DNA of 64,000 nt from Eledone cirrhosa (taxonomy: Eukaryota). The notes under the pieces are model-generated. The model did no database searches. It was not told where the DNA came from and worked only from the letters and a program-made list of their open reading frames with translations. Location: positions 22,382,001 to 22,446,000 of the forward strand of contig OZ024754.1 in NCBI GenBank assembly GCA_964016885.1, in the 5' to 3' direction. The position numbers were made by a program, and so were the translations under genes. Position 1 is the stretch's first letter, and every line of letters begins with the position of its first letter. Of the stretch, positions 1-12,536 are shown piece after piece.

Positions 1-220
1 TTCAACGATTATTGTTGAATTAAGCTCCAGATTTTTACTGATAAAAAAACAAGTTGTTCTTTTCTTTATCAGATCTGTCTTTTAAATTCAACTAAATATT
101 TTAATTTTTGGAGTTGTAACTTGTTTGGCAAATCATTTGAGACCATGTGCAATTATATCGTAAAAGAGTAATTTTAGTCATTAATAAAGCAACAAAAACA
201 TAAAAATAGACCATTAAATT

Positions 221-400
221 TTGGCAGTATCAGTAGAGGTTCGGACGCCATGCTTTCTAGCATAGAGTTACGTCCCTTTACGGACTGGGTTCAAATCCCT
301 CCAAGGTTAACTTTGCCTTTCATCCTTACGGGGTCGATAAAATAAAGTACCAGTAATGTACTGGGTAATTGCTGGCCTTGTGTCAAAAGTAGAAACAATT
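221..400 (+). mobile_element. tRNA-derived SINE, family A (Nin/Deu-domain-like core)
   Basis: A-box-like TGGCAGTATCAGTAG, B-box GGTTCAAATCC, core GCCTTTCATCCTTACGGGGTCGATAAAATAAAGTACCAG, tail GGCCTTGTGTCAAAAGTAGAAACAATT; about 9 copies in the window. Confidence 0.85.
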
Positions 401-991
401 AAATTTATCATTTATTTTGTGTTATCGAAACGTTCGTTGCTGTAACAATTCCAATTTATATATATCAATATATTTAGAAGATCCTGCGCCCACAGTAAGT
501 TTCCTAACAACGAACAGCAAACTTATTTATTTGATAGAGAATATGCTGCTTTTTAAAAAAAATACTCTGTCTATTCTTTTTTTTTCAAGGCAGTAAGGGT
601 GTGATTTGAAGACGATTTTGCTGTTATTTCTAGTAGGTCGAGTAACCACATAAACTTACGCTGGCTCCTAATCGCACCCTCCTCTTTTTTCTCGTTCACT
701 GGTGAAACCTCATAACAATAATGGTTTCTTATATAGGTACAAGTTCATTGTTTCATTAACATTCCAATCCTATTGACAACAATAATACCAGCAATATATT
801 GCGGTTGTTCTCGGTACTTCCGTTGGAGAAGACACCGTTTTATTGGACTCAACAGTTATGGCAGAATAAAACTTATACTTTATATTTTGAATATTATGTA
901 TATATCAAAGGTATATATTGAGTTAGAAACTCAAAATAGTCTCTTACAATTAAATAGCTCAAAGAAAGAGGTTTTTCTGAGTCGTGTAATA

Positions 992-1365
992 TAATTGAAT
1001 ATAAAAGAGAGATAAACACAGATATAAACATATATGTGTTCAAATCGTAAGGGACGAGACTCGCTAGGGTGAAAAAAATACGAACTATGAACAATAGGGT
1101 TTGCCAGACTCGATTTAAAATAATAAATCAAGAAAAGAAATACAACCCTATAGTGGGCAACTGCCAGACAGCTTATGGTAGTCTGTTGCGCAATTTTAGC
1201 GAAGGGAATTACCAATTCTTTGCTCATCAGTGCGTGTAAAATTAGCAAACCCTTCACTTCTAAGTATCTCAGAAGACTGAATAGTGTGCGTATATAAAAT
1301 AGTCCCTTACGATTTGAACACATATATGTTTATATCTGTGTTTATCTCTCTTTTATATTCAATTA
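992..1365. repeat. Element bounded by perfect 64-bp inverted repeats, with an internal degenerate hammerhead-like motif
   Basis: 992-1055 is the reverse complement of 1302-1365; the minus strand at 1189-1234 reads CGCA-CTGATGA-stem-TAAA-AT-TGCG; abuts (TA)n. Confidence 0.75.
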
Positions 1366-1399
1366 CATATATATATGTAAATATATATATATATAGAGA

Positions 1400-1935
1400 G
1401 ATTGGGAGTTACCAGTGTAGACTAGTATGATCATGTTCAGCTAAGTATTCGATACTTGGCAATGTGGAATGTATGTATAGACTTGCTAATGTCCCAGATA
1501 CCATTATCAGAGCCATAGAGAACGTATCTTCTCCCAGGGTCACTATCCTGAATTTAAATACAGAGCAAGAGGACTATTTATGCCGTCAGTAAACGCCTTG
1601 TCCTTTATGCTGAAGAAATATGAAGGATATGTAATTAGTTCATAAGAGACCAGAAACACTAAATTAACACAGCTTCTTTGTGGATGACCTGAAACTTTAT
1701 TCCAAGAATATAAATGGTATGAAGAAAAACCATGACCTGTTTATGGTGTTCTTGAAAAATATAGGAATGGAGTTTGGCTAACATAAATGTTCCTATATGA
1801 TTGTAAAACGAGCAAAAACTTGAAGCCAATCTAACAACATCTCTATCAATGGCCTTGCTGTTTCACCTATATCTGATGAGCACTGTTACAGATAATTAGG
1901 GATAGATGAAAATATATCCTATGATGATATTTGTA
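1400..1935 (+). pseudogene. R4/Dong-like non-LTR retrotransposon RT fragment
   Basis: Translates with stops and frameshifts to ...LLFVDDLKLYSKN...IGMEFG*HKC...YR*LGIDEN, typical of R4-clade RT. Confidence 0.65.
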
Positions 1936-1939
1936 ACAA

Positions 1940-2485
1940 GAACTGAGAGTAAACTTAGCCAAAACTAAAATGCTAGTAAGTAGGAAAGAAGATAGAACCC
2001 AGATTCCTTCAGGGAAGTGGCCCTGCTCAATATGTAGAAAAGGAGTAGGCATAAACTCTATATGATGTACACAATATAAATCTTGGGTACACCAGAAATG
2101 TCGTGGGATAACAGGAAGAGAAGACTTAGCATGTAGATGGTGCTCAGGGGTTATCAATGGGAAGAGCATCAATCACATTAAGGATCCATAAAACTGATTA
2201 ATAGCTTCTGCTATTTAGGTGTCTTAATTAGCAGTGGAGGAGGGTGCTCTGAGAGTATGATAGCTAGAAGAAGGATAGAATGGAAAACGTTTAGAGAGCT
2301 ACTCCCATTGTTGGCAACAAAAGGGTGACTGTATGATGTCTGTGTGCAAAGTGTGATGCTGCACGGGAGTGAAACATGGGAAGAGGACATGCGTAGACTG
2401 GAGAGAAATGAAGCAGCCATGCTTCATTGTATGTGCAATGTAAATGTGAGAGAAAGGCAGAGCTTGGTTGAATCAAGGGAGAAAC
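1940..2485 (+). pseudogene. Degraded RTE LINE fragment
   Basis: GKWPCSICRKG and MLHGSETW...RLERNEAAML motifs shared with the other RTE copies. Confidence 0.8.
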
Positions 2486-3001
2486 AACAGATGCAGCTGT
2501 CCAAAGATGTCATGATACTATCTACTTATGAGACATGATGTAGTAGCCAAAATACTATACAATGTAATCTATAGAAAGGATAGCTTATGCAGGTTTAGCT
2601 GTCCTCCTACATAGGCATCTCATAGAGGGTTCCTTGAATGCTTTAATGATAAGAGCCTCATATGGTCTTGAATCCAGCACCCTGACCACTAGACCATGCA
2701 TCTTCACCAGATTCTTTACCAACTCAAGAGTGTCTTAGTAGAAAAGTGTCTGTTGAAACATTTCAAGATGGTAAGGTTTTTTCAGTTTTGTTACATGACA
2801 TTTACTCTTGTAAACTTGCATGGTTTTTGCCATGTGGGAGGAGTGGCAAATTGCTACATGTCTATTCCTTCAGCCGTGCAATAGACATAACAACCCCCTA
2901 GTGTTGGTAATCTATATGGTAAACACATCCAGTACACTCTGTAAAGTGCTTTAGGACATCAAGCCATAGAAAATTTGTCAAGTCTCTGACTAGTTGAGCA
3001 C

Positions 3002-6000
3002 TTGACATTTCATTTGACCCGAAATGATGCTGGTGTACTTAGTGTCACCAATGCTCAGAATAAAGAGGCCTGGAAATGTCATTATGAGAGACTGATGAAT
3101 GTTGAGAACGAATGGGAGAGAGAGAAATTACCCCCAGTAGACCTAACAGAGCGACTAGCCATTGAGATTGATGACTATAGGGTCCAACAGGCAATTAAGG
3201 AAATGAAAAGTGGTAAGGCTGCTGGACCGTCGGGGATAGTTGCTGAGACGCTGAAGGCATCAGGAGAGGTAGGAACTAAACTGGTTGTGCGCATCATCAA
3301 TCAGGCTATATATGGTGGTGTCATACCCAACAAGTGGTGCAACAGTATCATTATAAATTGCTACAAAGGTAAAGGGGATGCTCTGGAGAGGAGCAATTAT
3401 AGAGGCATAAAACTGATGGATCAAACTATGAAAGTGGCAGAAAGAATACTAGCACAACTAATTAGAGAAAGGGTCAAATTAGATGAGATGCAGTTTGGTT
3501 TTGTGCCTCAGAAGAGTACAACAGATGCCCTCTTCTTAGTGAGACAACTACAAGAGAGGTTCTTAGAGAAGACTAGGCCACTATACTTAGCTTTTGTTGA
3601 CCTAGAGAAGGCCTTTGATAGAGTACCCCGATCTGTCATCTGGTGGTCCCTAAGGAAACTAGGTGTAGAGGAATGTCTTGTGAGGACAGTGCAAGCTATG
3701 TACAGAGGTGCTGTCAGTAAAATGAGGGTAGGAATGGAGTTTAGTGAGGAATTCCAGATACAAGCAGGAGTACATCAGGGTTCGGTCCTCAGCCCATTTG
3801 TGTTCATTATAGTCCTCCAAGCCATAGCAGAGGAGTTTAAGACTGGCTGTCCATGGGAACTTCTCTATGCTGACGATCTGGTACTTATAGCAGAATCAGT
3901 AGAGGAACTAGAGAATAAATTCTGGCTATCGAAACAGCAGCTGGAATCAAGAGGACTGAGAGTAAACCTAGCTAAGACAAAGGTTGATGAGTAGCAAAGA
4001 GGACAAAACTCTGATTCTATCAGGGAAATGGCCATGTTCGATATGTAAAAAAGGAGTTGGTATAAATTCTATAAAATGTACACAAGAGATGTAGTGGGAT
4101 AGCAGACAAACTAACAGGTAGGGAAAACTACATATGCAGTAGATGTACAGGGAAATTTGATAGTAAAAGTCGCAGTGATAGACACATTTTTCAAATGCCA
4201 GTAGGATCTATATAGGTGGTTGATAGCTTCTGATACCTAGGTGATCAGATTAGTAAGGGAAGAGGGTGATCCGAGGCCATAGTTTCTAGAATAAGGACGG
4301 GTTGGAATAAGTTTAGGGAGCTGCTTCCTTTGTTGACAAAGAATGGTTTCTCTCTACAAACGAAAGGCTGGTTATATGATGCCTGTGTGAGATGCACGAT
4401 GCTCACAACTGTGGAAAATATGTGACGGCTGGAGAGAAATGAAGCAAGCATGCTCTGTTGAATGTGCGTGAAAGACCAAGCATGGATGAGTTGAGAGAGA
4501 AACTATGTATAAGAGGGATAGGCAATAGTGTGTGGGAGAGAAGACTGCATTGGTATGGACATGTGATGCACATGGATGATGACTGCTGGGTGAAGAAGTG
4601 CCAAGAAATCCCAGTAGAAGGAAGACCACGAAAAACATGGCCGGAGGTAGTGAGAGCAGACCTCAGATCGCTGAAGCTCACGGAGGAGATGACAAGGGAC
4701 CATGATGACGGAGAGATGCCATGCTTAACCCTTTAGCAATCAAACCAACAAAAACCGACAAGATTATGTCCCCTTTCATTTATTCAAACCGACAAAAACA
4801 TTTAATACCACATGGAGATCTCCTTCTAAAAATAAACATTGACATCATCGAAATCTCATCAATTCAAGGTTACTGCGAGATAAAGCCTTTACGCGCGAAA
4901 ATTAACTCTTAGTATAGTTAAAGAACTTGCAATAACACGTGTTTTTAATGTTGAAAGTGTAACATGGCTTCCGAAAGTAGCGACAACGAATTTGAAGGTT
5001 TTACATCCGACGACATTCGAGAAACAGAAGATAATATCAGTGATTTATCTTCAAACGAATCAGATATATTTATTTCTGATATATCTGATGATGATGATAG
5101 TTACTTTGAAAGTGAAAGAGAAGATTTGACTGACACCATTGAAAAAACATTAACGTGGTTGAAAGAAACAACACCAATACATGTTTCGGATTTTACTGAA
5201 AATATTGGACCACAACACACATTACCACCCGATGCTAAAGCACTGGATTATTTTTTTTTATTTTTACCACAAACTTTCTTCGAAGTTGTGGCAGAAGAGA
5301 CAAATCGCTATGCACAACAACAAATTTCTAATATCGGAAAATCCGATCTGTTATGGCGTCCGACAGATTCTGCTGAAATGAAAGCGTTTTTTACCATAAA
5401 CATTATGTTTGGTATTAAACAATTTCCAAGACTGGAATTATTGGAGTACTGATATAAGGTTTGCTGATCCTTATATATCTAGTATTATGGCAAAAACGAG
5501 ATTCATCAAATTAAACCAGTATTTGCACCTGGTTGATACTTCAAATGCCCCTGGTAGAAATGAATCAAATTATGACCCACTGTACAAAGTACAACCATTA
5601 ATTGAAATGTTGTCGGAAAAATTTAAAAGTGTGAATATACCTGGAAAAAATCTTAGTGTTGATGAAGCTATGATTGGGTATAAGGGTAGGGTTCATTTCA
5701 GACAGTATATGCCAGCTAAATCCACCAAATGGGGCATCAAAGTGTGGGAACTGTGTGAATCGGACACAGGATACTGTGTAAACTTTGATGTTTACACAGG
5801 AAAAAAACATAACGGAGAGAGAAAACACGGGTTGGGTTACGATGTTGTGTGGTCGCTGATCCAACCCTTCCACTCTCAACATATATATTTTGACCGTTTT
5901 TTTTTCTTCGGTGCTTTTAGCAGAGGATCTTGCCTTGTAAATACATACCCCTGCGGCACAATAATGAGCAATCGGAAAGGGCTACCCCAAGAAATAAAAG

Positions 6001-7213
6001 TTGCGAAACTGAAAAACAGAGGGGACATTCTCCAAATGCAAAAAGGGAACATGTTAGCTACAGTGTTCAAAGACAAATGGCAAATTTTATTCCTGAGTTC
6101 TAACCAATAACCAGGTGTTGGGGCTGAGGGTAAACCTTTAGTTAACCTCTCCTACAATAAATATATGGGTGGGGTTGACAAATCTGACCAGTAATGTGCA
6201 TATTACCCAGTTGGACGCCCTGGAAGAAATGGTGGAGGTACATCTTGTGGTTTTTAGTGAATTTAACCATTGTGAATAATTTTATTGTATTTACTAAAAG
6301 CCACAAGGATCCGCCACCACCAAAGGACGAAAAGGATGAAATTTCACGTGGACATTGCATCCCAGCTACGTGGAGGATATACTTCTCACAAACACAAAGC
6401 TGGGGAAAAATCAAAATTAGCAGTGGTCCACAAAGAAAATATTGATTTTCACAAAGTGGAGAGAATTAATGGTAGGAGGAAGGTTTGCAAAAGAGAAAAA
6501 CTGTTAAAGGTTATGCAATCCAAACCCTATTTATGTGTTCCTTTTGCAAAGTGCCATTATGTAAAGGGTGTTTTGGGCAGTATCACGATAGAAATATTGT
6601 CTGACAATATTGAAAACAATATTTTAAAAATATATTAGAACACATATACCAAAACACCTGCATTCACCTGTGTCACACCTGTTAATGAACTTATATATTG
6701 GGAACATTCTGAAAATATTTGCCTGGAATGTAGAGAAAGACTAAAACCTTGTACTGATTATTCCTGCATTTTTAATTAATTCACCTGTTTGGAAAACTGC
6801 TAGAATTGATGGAAGTCAACATCTAGGTCATTATTGAATTTTTTTGCAACAAATCTAACAGGTAAGGCAGATAAAGTTTAAATTTTTGTCTTTATCCATA
6901 AAGTTATTACTTTTACACCTGTTAATTAATTTCACCTGCCCATAAAAGTCAAATTTAACAAAAAAAATCAGGTAAAAATATATAATTGTAAATTATAGTT
7001 ATTTAAACATCTCTGACAAAATTTCAAGCCTGCACATAGAAAATTAAAGTAATTACAAACAAATAAAATTGATAACCCTCTTGAGTATAATTAAGTGAAA
7101 ATAATGCGAATAGATGAACATGACACATTTGACAATTCAATGTGAATGCTAAAGGGTTAATAACACACGTCCCACCCTTGCAAGCAAGGAAAAGCAGACG
7201 TAAAATGATGATG
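3002..7213 (+). mobile_element. 5'-truncated RTE LINE (family A), split by a piggyBac insertion at 4729-7156
   Basis: RT ORF 3002-3994 (NYRGIKL, QFGF, FVDLEKAFD, QGSVLSP, YADD); the 3' end resumes after 7160 (CGTCCCACCCTTGCAAGC...ACGTAAAATGATGATGA). Confidence 0.9.
4729..7156 (+). mobile_element. piggyBac DNA transposon with frameshifted transposase
   Basis: TTAA TSDs at 4725-4728 and 7157-7160; termini CCCTTTAGCA / TGCTAAAGGG; ORFs 4964-5452 and 5409-6110 with LSVDEAM, QYMPAK, KWGIK, YFDRFF, then YNKYMGGVD. Confidence 0.95.
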
Positions 7214-7999
7214 ATTTCATTTGACATTTCATTTATTTCTTCACTCATGCAATATTAATATCTTAGATTTACTTTGATCTCATCATTAGGACACTAAACG
7301 CTGATAATAATGATGTTAATGTCCACCGCTGTTGAATATCAAATGTTTTGTACTTTTTAACCTTACAACATCTGGTATTAATGATTTACAGCTTATAATG
7401 AAGGTGTCTGTGAAGTAAAAATTGGTTATCACTGTTTCAAATCTTGGGCTTTGTAGGTACAAAATGCAATTCCAAATATTACTTGTACTGACTTATATTT
7501 GTGGCGGCGTTCACCTGGGTGGGTTGAGCCGGCTCCATCGAAGGTATGTAAGTTCATTTCAATGGAGTTTCTTCGGGTGATTGGTTTCACAAGCAGTGCC
7601 CAGCTGCAAGTATATGAACTTTAGGATAGTGCAATCCAAACATTGCATCAGTTATAGCGCTGAACTCTCATTTTCACACCCAACCTAATTTGGTGGAGCT
7701 AGTGCCATGATGGGGATGTATGGGAAGGAGTTTGGCTGGCAGTGGTGATAAACACAACATATTTGAGCCATTTTGTTGGCCAACAGGAGCCCACCCCCAC
7801 TGCTCAGCTAAGGCATACCAACCCTCATACATATGTGTGTGTGTGTGTCTGTTCAGAAACAGCAGGGAAGAAAGATACATTCCTTTTAAAGCTAACTCCT
7901 GTGCACCAATAATCATATTAACCATTGGGTCATTTTTTTTAAAGCATTGTTGTATAATATAGCATGGAAATACTGAGAAAAAAATCATAAGAAGAGTCA

Positions 8000-8225
8000 T
8001 AGGCAGTGTGTAAGACGGTATGGACAAATGATACATATGGATGATGCCAGTGGTAGGAAGTTGCAGAAGAGAAAGAACTGGGTACAGAAGGTGAAGTCTG
8101 ATCTCAGAAGACTGAGCCTCACAGAGGAGATGACAAAAGAATGCAACCAGTGGGAGGAAGTTTTACTGGAGATCTGTCCAACCTATGCAAACATAGAAAG
8201 ACGGACAAGAAATGCTGGACTGAGC
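8000..8225 (+). pseudogene. RTE LINE 3' fragment
   Basis: Diverged match to RTE C-terminal coding sequence and 3' end. Confidence 0.6.
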
Positions 8226-8490
8226 TGACAATGCTGTTGTTATAATGAAAATTAGGAAGAACAAACAACATATGTGACCAACTGGCTACAGAATAATATA
8301 GTCATTTCGATCTTTGATATTATAAACACAAATTTGACACATGAGCAACAAGCCACCGAGTGGACACAAATCACATATATCATTGCAAGCTGTGCTATTG
8401 TCTTACTCATTATAATACAGAGCAACTGCTAATAAAATTACCAGGTGGAGTAGGGAGGTGGAGGGGTTGCTATTTCAATTGTATTATTTT

Positions 8491-8678
8491 AGTGGATTGG
8501 CAGTATCGGTAGAGGGTCGAGCACCATGCTTTGCAGCATAGAGTTACGTCCCTTTACAGTCAGTTCAAATCCTGCCGAGGTTAACTTTGCCTTTCATCCT
8601 TACAGGGTCGATAAAATTAAAGTACCAGTAATACACTGGGATAATTGCTGGCCTTGTGTCAAAAGTAGAAACAATTAT
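8491..8678 (+). mobile_element. SINE family A
   Basis: Full-length match to the family A head, core and tail. Confidence 0.85.
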
Positions 8679-8777
8679 TTTATCTCATCACCATTAACAT
8701 CATGTCCACTTTTTCCATGCTTGCATGTGTTGGGATGGAGCTTTTTCAGGTAGATTTTCTTATCATTGTTATTATTA

Positions 8778-9003
8778 TGGCTTTTGGGAGAATTGTAGGG
8801 GCTTCAGACAAATTATTTTGTGGTGTTTGTTCTGCCTCTTTACTTTCTATGTTCAAATCCCTTCGAGGTCAACTTTATATTTCATCCTACTGAGGTCAAT
8901 AAAATAATCTACCAGTAAAGTATTGGCTTTAATAATCTACCAGTAAAGTATTGACTTTCCCATCCCTACAAATTGATGACCTTGTGCCTAAATTAGAAAT
9001 CAT
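8778..9003 (+). mobile_element. Older, diverged SINE family A relative
   Basis: GTTCAAATCC..GAGGTCAACTTT..TTTCATCC..GAGGTCAATAAAATAA; tail CCTTGTGCCTAAATTAGAAA. Confidence 0.65.
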
Positions 9004-9087
9004 TAAGTCCAACCCTTGTTAGCAGGGAAAGGGGAGGTTAAAACAACAATGATGATGTTTATAGTTTTTTCTGTCTTCTTTTTCTAG

Positions 9088-9267
9088 TGCCCTACTTCAG
9101 AAACCGAAGAGTGAGATGACACCTGAAGAATTAGCTCAGCGTGAACAAGAGGAATTCAATACTGGTCCTCTTTCTGTTCTTACACAATCAGTTAAGAACA
9201 ACACACAAGTCCTGATCAACTGCCGTAACAATAAGAAATTATTGGCTCGTGTCAAAGCATTTGATAG
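9088..9267 (+). CDS. SNRPD2: Small nuclear ribonucleoprotein Sm D2, internal coding exon (phase 2 at both ends)
   Basis: Pyrimidine tract plus TAG acceptor (AG at 9086-9087) and GTAACT donor at 9268; 180-nt exon encodes [59 protein letters not shown](R), nearly identical to the metazoan SmD2 N-terminus; not in the ORF track. Confidence 0.97.
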
Positions 9268-9780
9268 GTAACTGCTGTTTTTTTTCTCTTTTTATGACAT
9301 TTAAATGGACAATTATTATCTCTTGGGTTCAATCCCACTGCATGGTCCCTTGGGGAAGTATCATTTACCATAGCCTTAGAAAGTTGACCCATACTATGTG
9401 AATGGACTTAGGTAGATGGAAACTGTTTGGAAGCCCATTGGATGGGATGTACCTGTAATTCAAAGGTTTGACTTTGTCACACTGTGTCATGCTGGATTTC
9501 CCTGAGAATTACGTTAAGGGTACACGTGTTTGTGGAATGCTCAGGCACTTACACATTAATATCATGAGCAGGTTGTCTCATTGACTAAATAACTGAAATA
9601 CTCATTGTTGAAACCAGTTGAGATCCATTCTACTTCATGACATTTCAGTATCGTTGTTTAATCCAAATCAACCTTGTGAAGGCACATTACCTTGTGGTTA
9701 GGGTGTTGGAGTCACGAACATGAGGTCACTGGTTTGGCTGTACATGTTCTTGAACAAGACACTTCAGTTCAGATTTTCAT

Positions 9781-10047
9781 GATAGGACTGGGGTCTTTAT
9801 AATCAAAACGCCCAAGAAAGCTCCTCTAAGATGCAACTTCATAGGAGGCCAGCCAAACCTGCATAAGTGTGAGCTGTAACAACACTGGAGCTCCTATCAT
9901 TAAAACACCCAAGAAACCTCCTCTAAGATGCAACCTTACAGGAGGCCTGTTAAACCTGCATAGGTGTGAGCTGTAACAACATACATGCATGTGTGTGTGT
10001 GTGATAGGACTGTGACTCCCGTCATTAAACTACCCAAGAAACCTCCT
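9781..10047. repeat. Short tandem array of a ~97-bp unit
   Basis: CCCAAGAAA(C/G)CTCCTCTAAGATGCAAC..AGGAGGCC..AAACCTGCATA.GTGTGAGCTGTAACAAC twice, plus a partial third copy cut by piggyBac; reverse-oriented relative near 2581-2660. Confidence 0.7.
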
Positions 10048-10051
10048 TTAA

Positions 10052-11344
10052 CCCTTTAGCATTCGCATTAATTTTCAAATGTCATGCTTATCTGTTCGCA
10101 TTATTTTGAGTTAATCGATACTGAAATTAGGGCGGTGGATTGGCAGTATCGGTAGAGGGTCAGACACCATGCTTTCCAGCATAGTTACGTCCCTTTACGA
10201 TCTGAGTTCAAATCCCGCCGAGGTTGACTTTGCCTTTCATCCTTACGGGGTCGATAAAATAAAGTACCAGTAATGCACTCGATAATTGATGGCCTTGTGC
10301 CAAAAGTAGAAACAATTATTTTGAGTTAATCATACTCAAGAGGGTTATCAATTTTATTTGTTTGTAATTTTCTTAATTTTCTATGTGCAGACTTGAAATT
10401 TTGTCAGTAGATGTTTAAATATCAATAATTTACAATTATATAATTTTACCTGATTTTTTTGGTCAAATTTGACTTTTATGGGCAGGTGAAATTAATTAAT
10501 AGGGGCATTTGAAGTATCAACCAGGTGCAAATACTGGTTTAATTTTAAATACATTGTTTTCAGCATAATACTTGATATATAAGGATCACTAAACCTTATA
10601 TTAGTGCTCCAGTCTTGGAAATTGTTTTATACCAAACATAATATTTATGGTAAAAAATGCTTGCATTTCCGCAGCATCTGTCGGTCACCAAACAGATCAG
10701 GTTTTCCTCGATTTGAAATCTGTTGTTGGGCATATCAATTAATCTCTTCTGCCACAACTTCGAAGAAAGTTTGTGGTAAAAACAAAAAGAAATAATCCAG
10801 TGCTTTAGCATCGGGAGCTAATGTGTGTTCTGGACCAGTATTTTGAATAAAATCGGGAACATATATTTGTGTGGTATTCTTCAACCATGTTCCTGTAATA
10901 TTTCAATGGCGCCCTGGAGTCTCCTTTGTTTTCACTTTCAAAACAACAATCATTGTCGGACGAAATTTCAGAAATATAAACATCAGATTCGTTTGAAGAT
11001 AAATCACTAATATTATCGTTTGTTTCTTGTTTATTCTGAATGTTGTCGTGTGTAAAAACTTCAAAGTCAGTATCGCTACTTTCATAAGCCATGTTGATAG
11101 AAAAAAAAAAAATTTGTTGCACTTTCAAAGTTAAAAAACACTTGTTGTTTTAAGTTGTTCCACTATATTAAGTGTTAATTTTCGCGGTAAAGGCCTAATC
11201 TCGCAGCAGCGTCGAATTGATGAGATTTTGATGATGGTTTGTTTATTTTTAGAACAATTTTTTAGTGTGGGTGTTTTCAGGCCATTTCGGGCGGTTTGAA
11301 CAAATGAAGAGGAAATAATTTCAGGCGGTTTGAACACTAAAGGG
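10052..11344 (-). mobile_element. Internally deleted piggyBac (same family as 4729-7156)
   Basis: TTAA at 10048-10051 and 11345-11348; CCCTTTAG / CTAAAGGG termini; N-terminal transposase remnant MAYESSDTDFE... Confidence 0.9.
10131..10320 (+). mobile_element. SINE family A inserted in piggyBac
   Basis: Full copy flanked by a duplication ATTATTTTGAGTTAATC (~10100 and ~10316). Confidence 0.85.
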
Positions 11345-11873
11345 TTAAGATACCTCACAGGTATCTTAGAGGCTTTTTCATTAGCTCATATAACTTGTTG
11401 TTTAGCTTCGTTAGCCCTAATTGAGCAGACTTATATCTCCTGACTATATCAGTAAATTGTAATATTCTGACTTTTAAATATTTGTGACCCCATGTTTAAA
11501 ATGTCAGCTTGTTAACTCTTCCATGATCATATTTCGAGTTAAATACACTGATTGTACTTCCTTTCATTTTTAAATCAATTATTTGGAGGGTTTTAGCATA
11601 TCAAATTTTCCTGTATTAACCTGATGTAACATAACCTCTCAAAGATTCTTACATAAAAATATGATGGAAGGTTTAAATTTAAATATAAACACTTTAATTT
11701 AAAGTGCTTATATTTAAAGTTTTAAACAGACGCTTATCCATCATAGAATCAGAGGCAGTTGCAGGTAGTTTGGTATCAATAAGTTTTACTATTTTGATAC
11801 CAAACAAGGCCAAAACTGGCTGCGGTCCTGTGAAACTAAAGCTACCATTTTAAAGGATTCATATTTAAATTAA

Positions 11874-12094
11874 CGCTTTAGCATTTACATTACTCTATAT
11901 ATACTATTATATTTTTGTGTTAAAGGCTTTATCTTACATAATTGTCTCCCATAATATTGAATCTATGAGATTTTGATGTTATTTATTTTGAGAACAATAC
12001 CTTAACAGCAGTATGAGTGGCCAGTTATGGCTGGTTTGAACAGAAAGAGGTAAGAGAATGCTGGCCAGATACGGCCGGTTTAAATGCTAAAGGG
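11874..12094. mobile_element. piggyBac-derived MITE
   Basis: TTAA|CGCTTTAGCATT ... AATGCTAAAGGG|TTAA; homologous to 24953-25149. Confidence 0.85.
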
Positions 12095-12536
12095 TTAAAA
12101 CATCCCAACATAATTTTACATAAGAACAATATGTTAAGTTACTATCTTAGCTCCCAAATAATTGATAATGTTTGTAAATCCTTCCTTAAAATAGATTGTA
12201 TTTCATTAGACATATGATTACAAATGTGTTATTACTTAACAGACAGTTTTTACATAAAAATAAGATGGTAGGTTTTAATTGAAAAATAAACACTTTTTAT
12301 ATCATAGAAAGAGGAACAGTTACAGGTGTTTTGTTCAGGAAAGGATTAAGGATATTTAGAAGTTTCTATGAAAAAGAGTGGTTGATAGCAATAACCAATT
12401 GTTACTGTGTGGAATTGTTGTTTGTGTTGACATTTAATATTCATCAAATTATGCCAGATGCCAATAAACCACCAATCAATATAAATCCTATTTAGTTCAA
12501 AGTTAGAATATAACTGAACAGTTGTCAAATAGCTCA

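Noticed and set aside
221-310. tRNA genes at SINE heads (also 55319-55390)
   Set aside because: A/B boxes are present, but there is no complete cloverleaf and each is followed by a SINE body
825-862. Minus-strand CTGTTGA-GTCC...AAAC hammerhead-like motif
   Set aside because: Core mutated and the 3' strand of stem II is missing
2760-2780. AAGATG|GTAAGG as a candidate SNRPD2 first exon
   Set aside because: A phase 0 donor does not fit the phase 2 acceptor at 9088; it would need the downstream CAG at 9098-9100, and no transcript evidence is available
7290-7440. Possible C/D box snoRNAs
   Set aside because: No convincing RTGATGA...CTGA pair with a terminal stem
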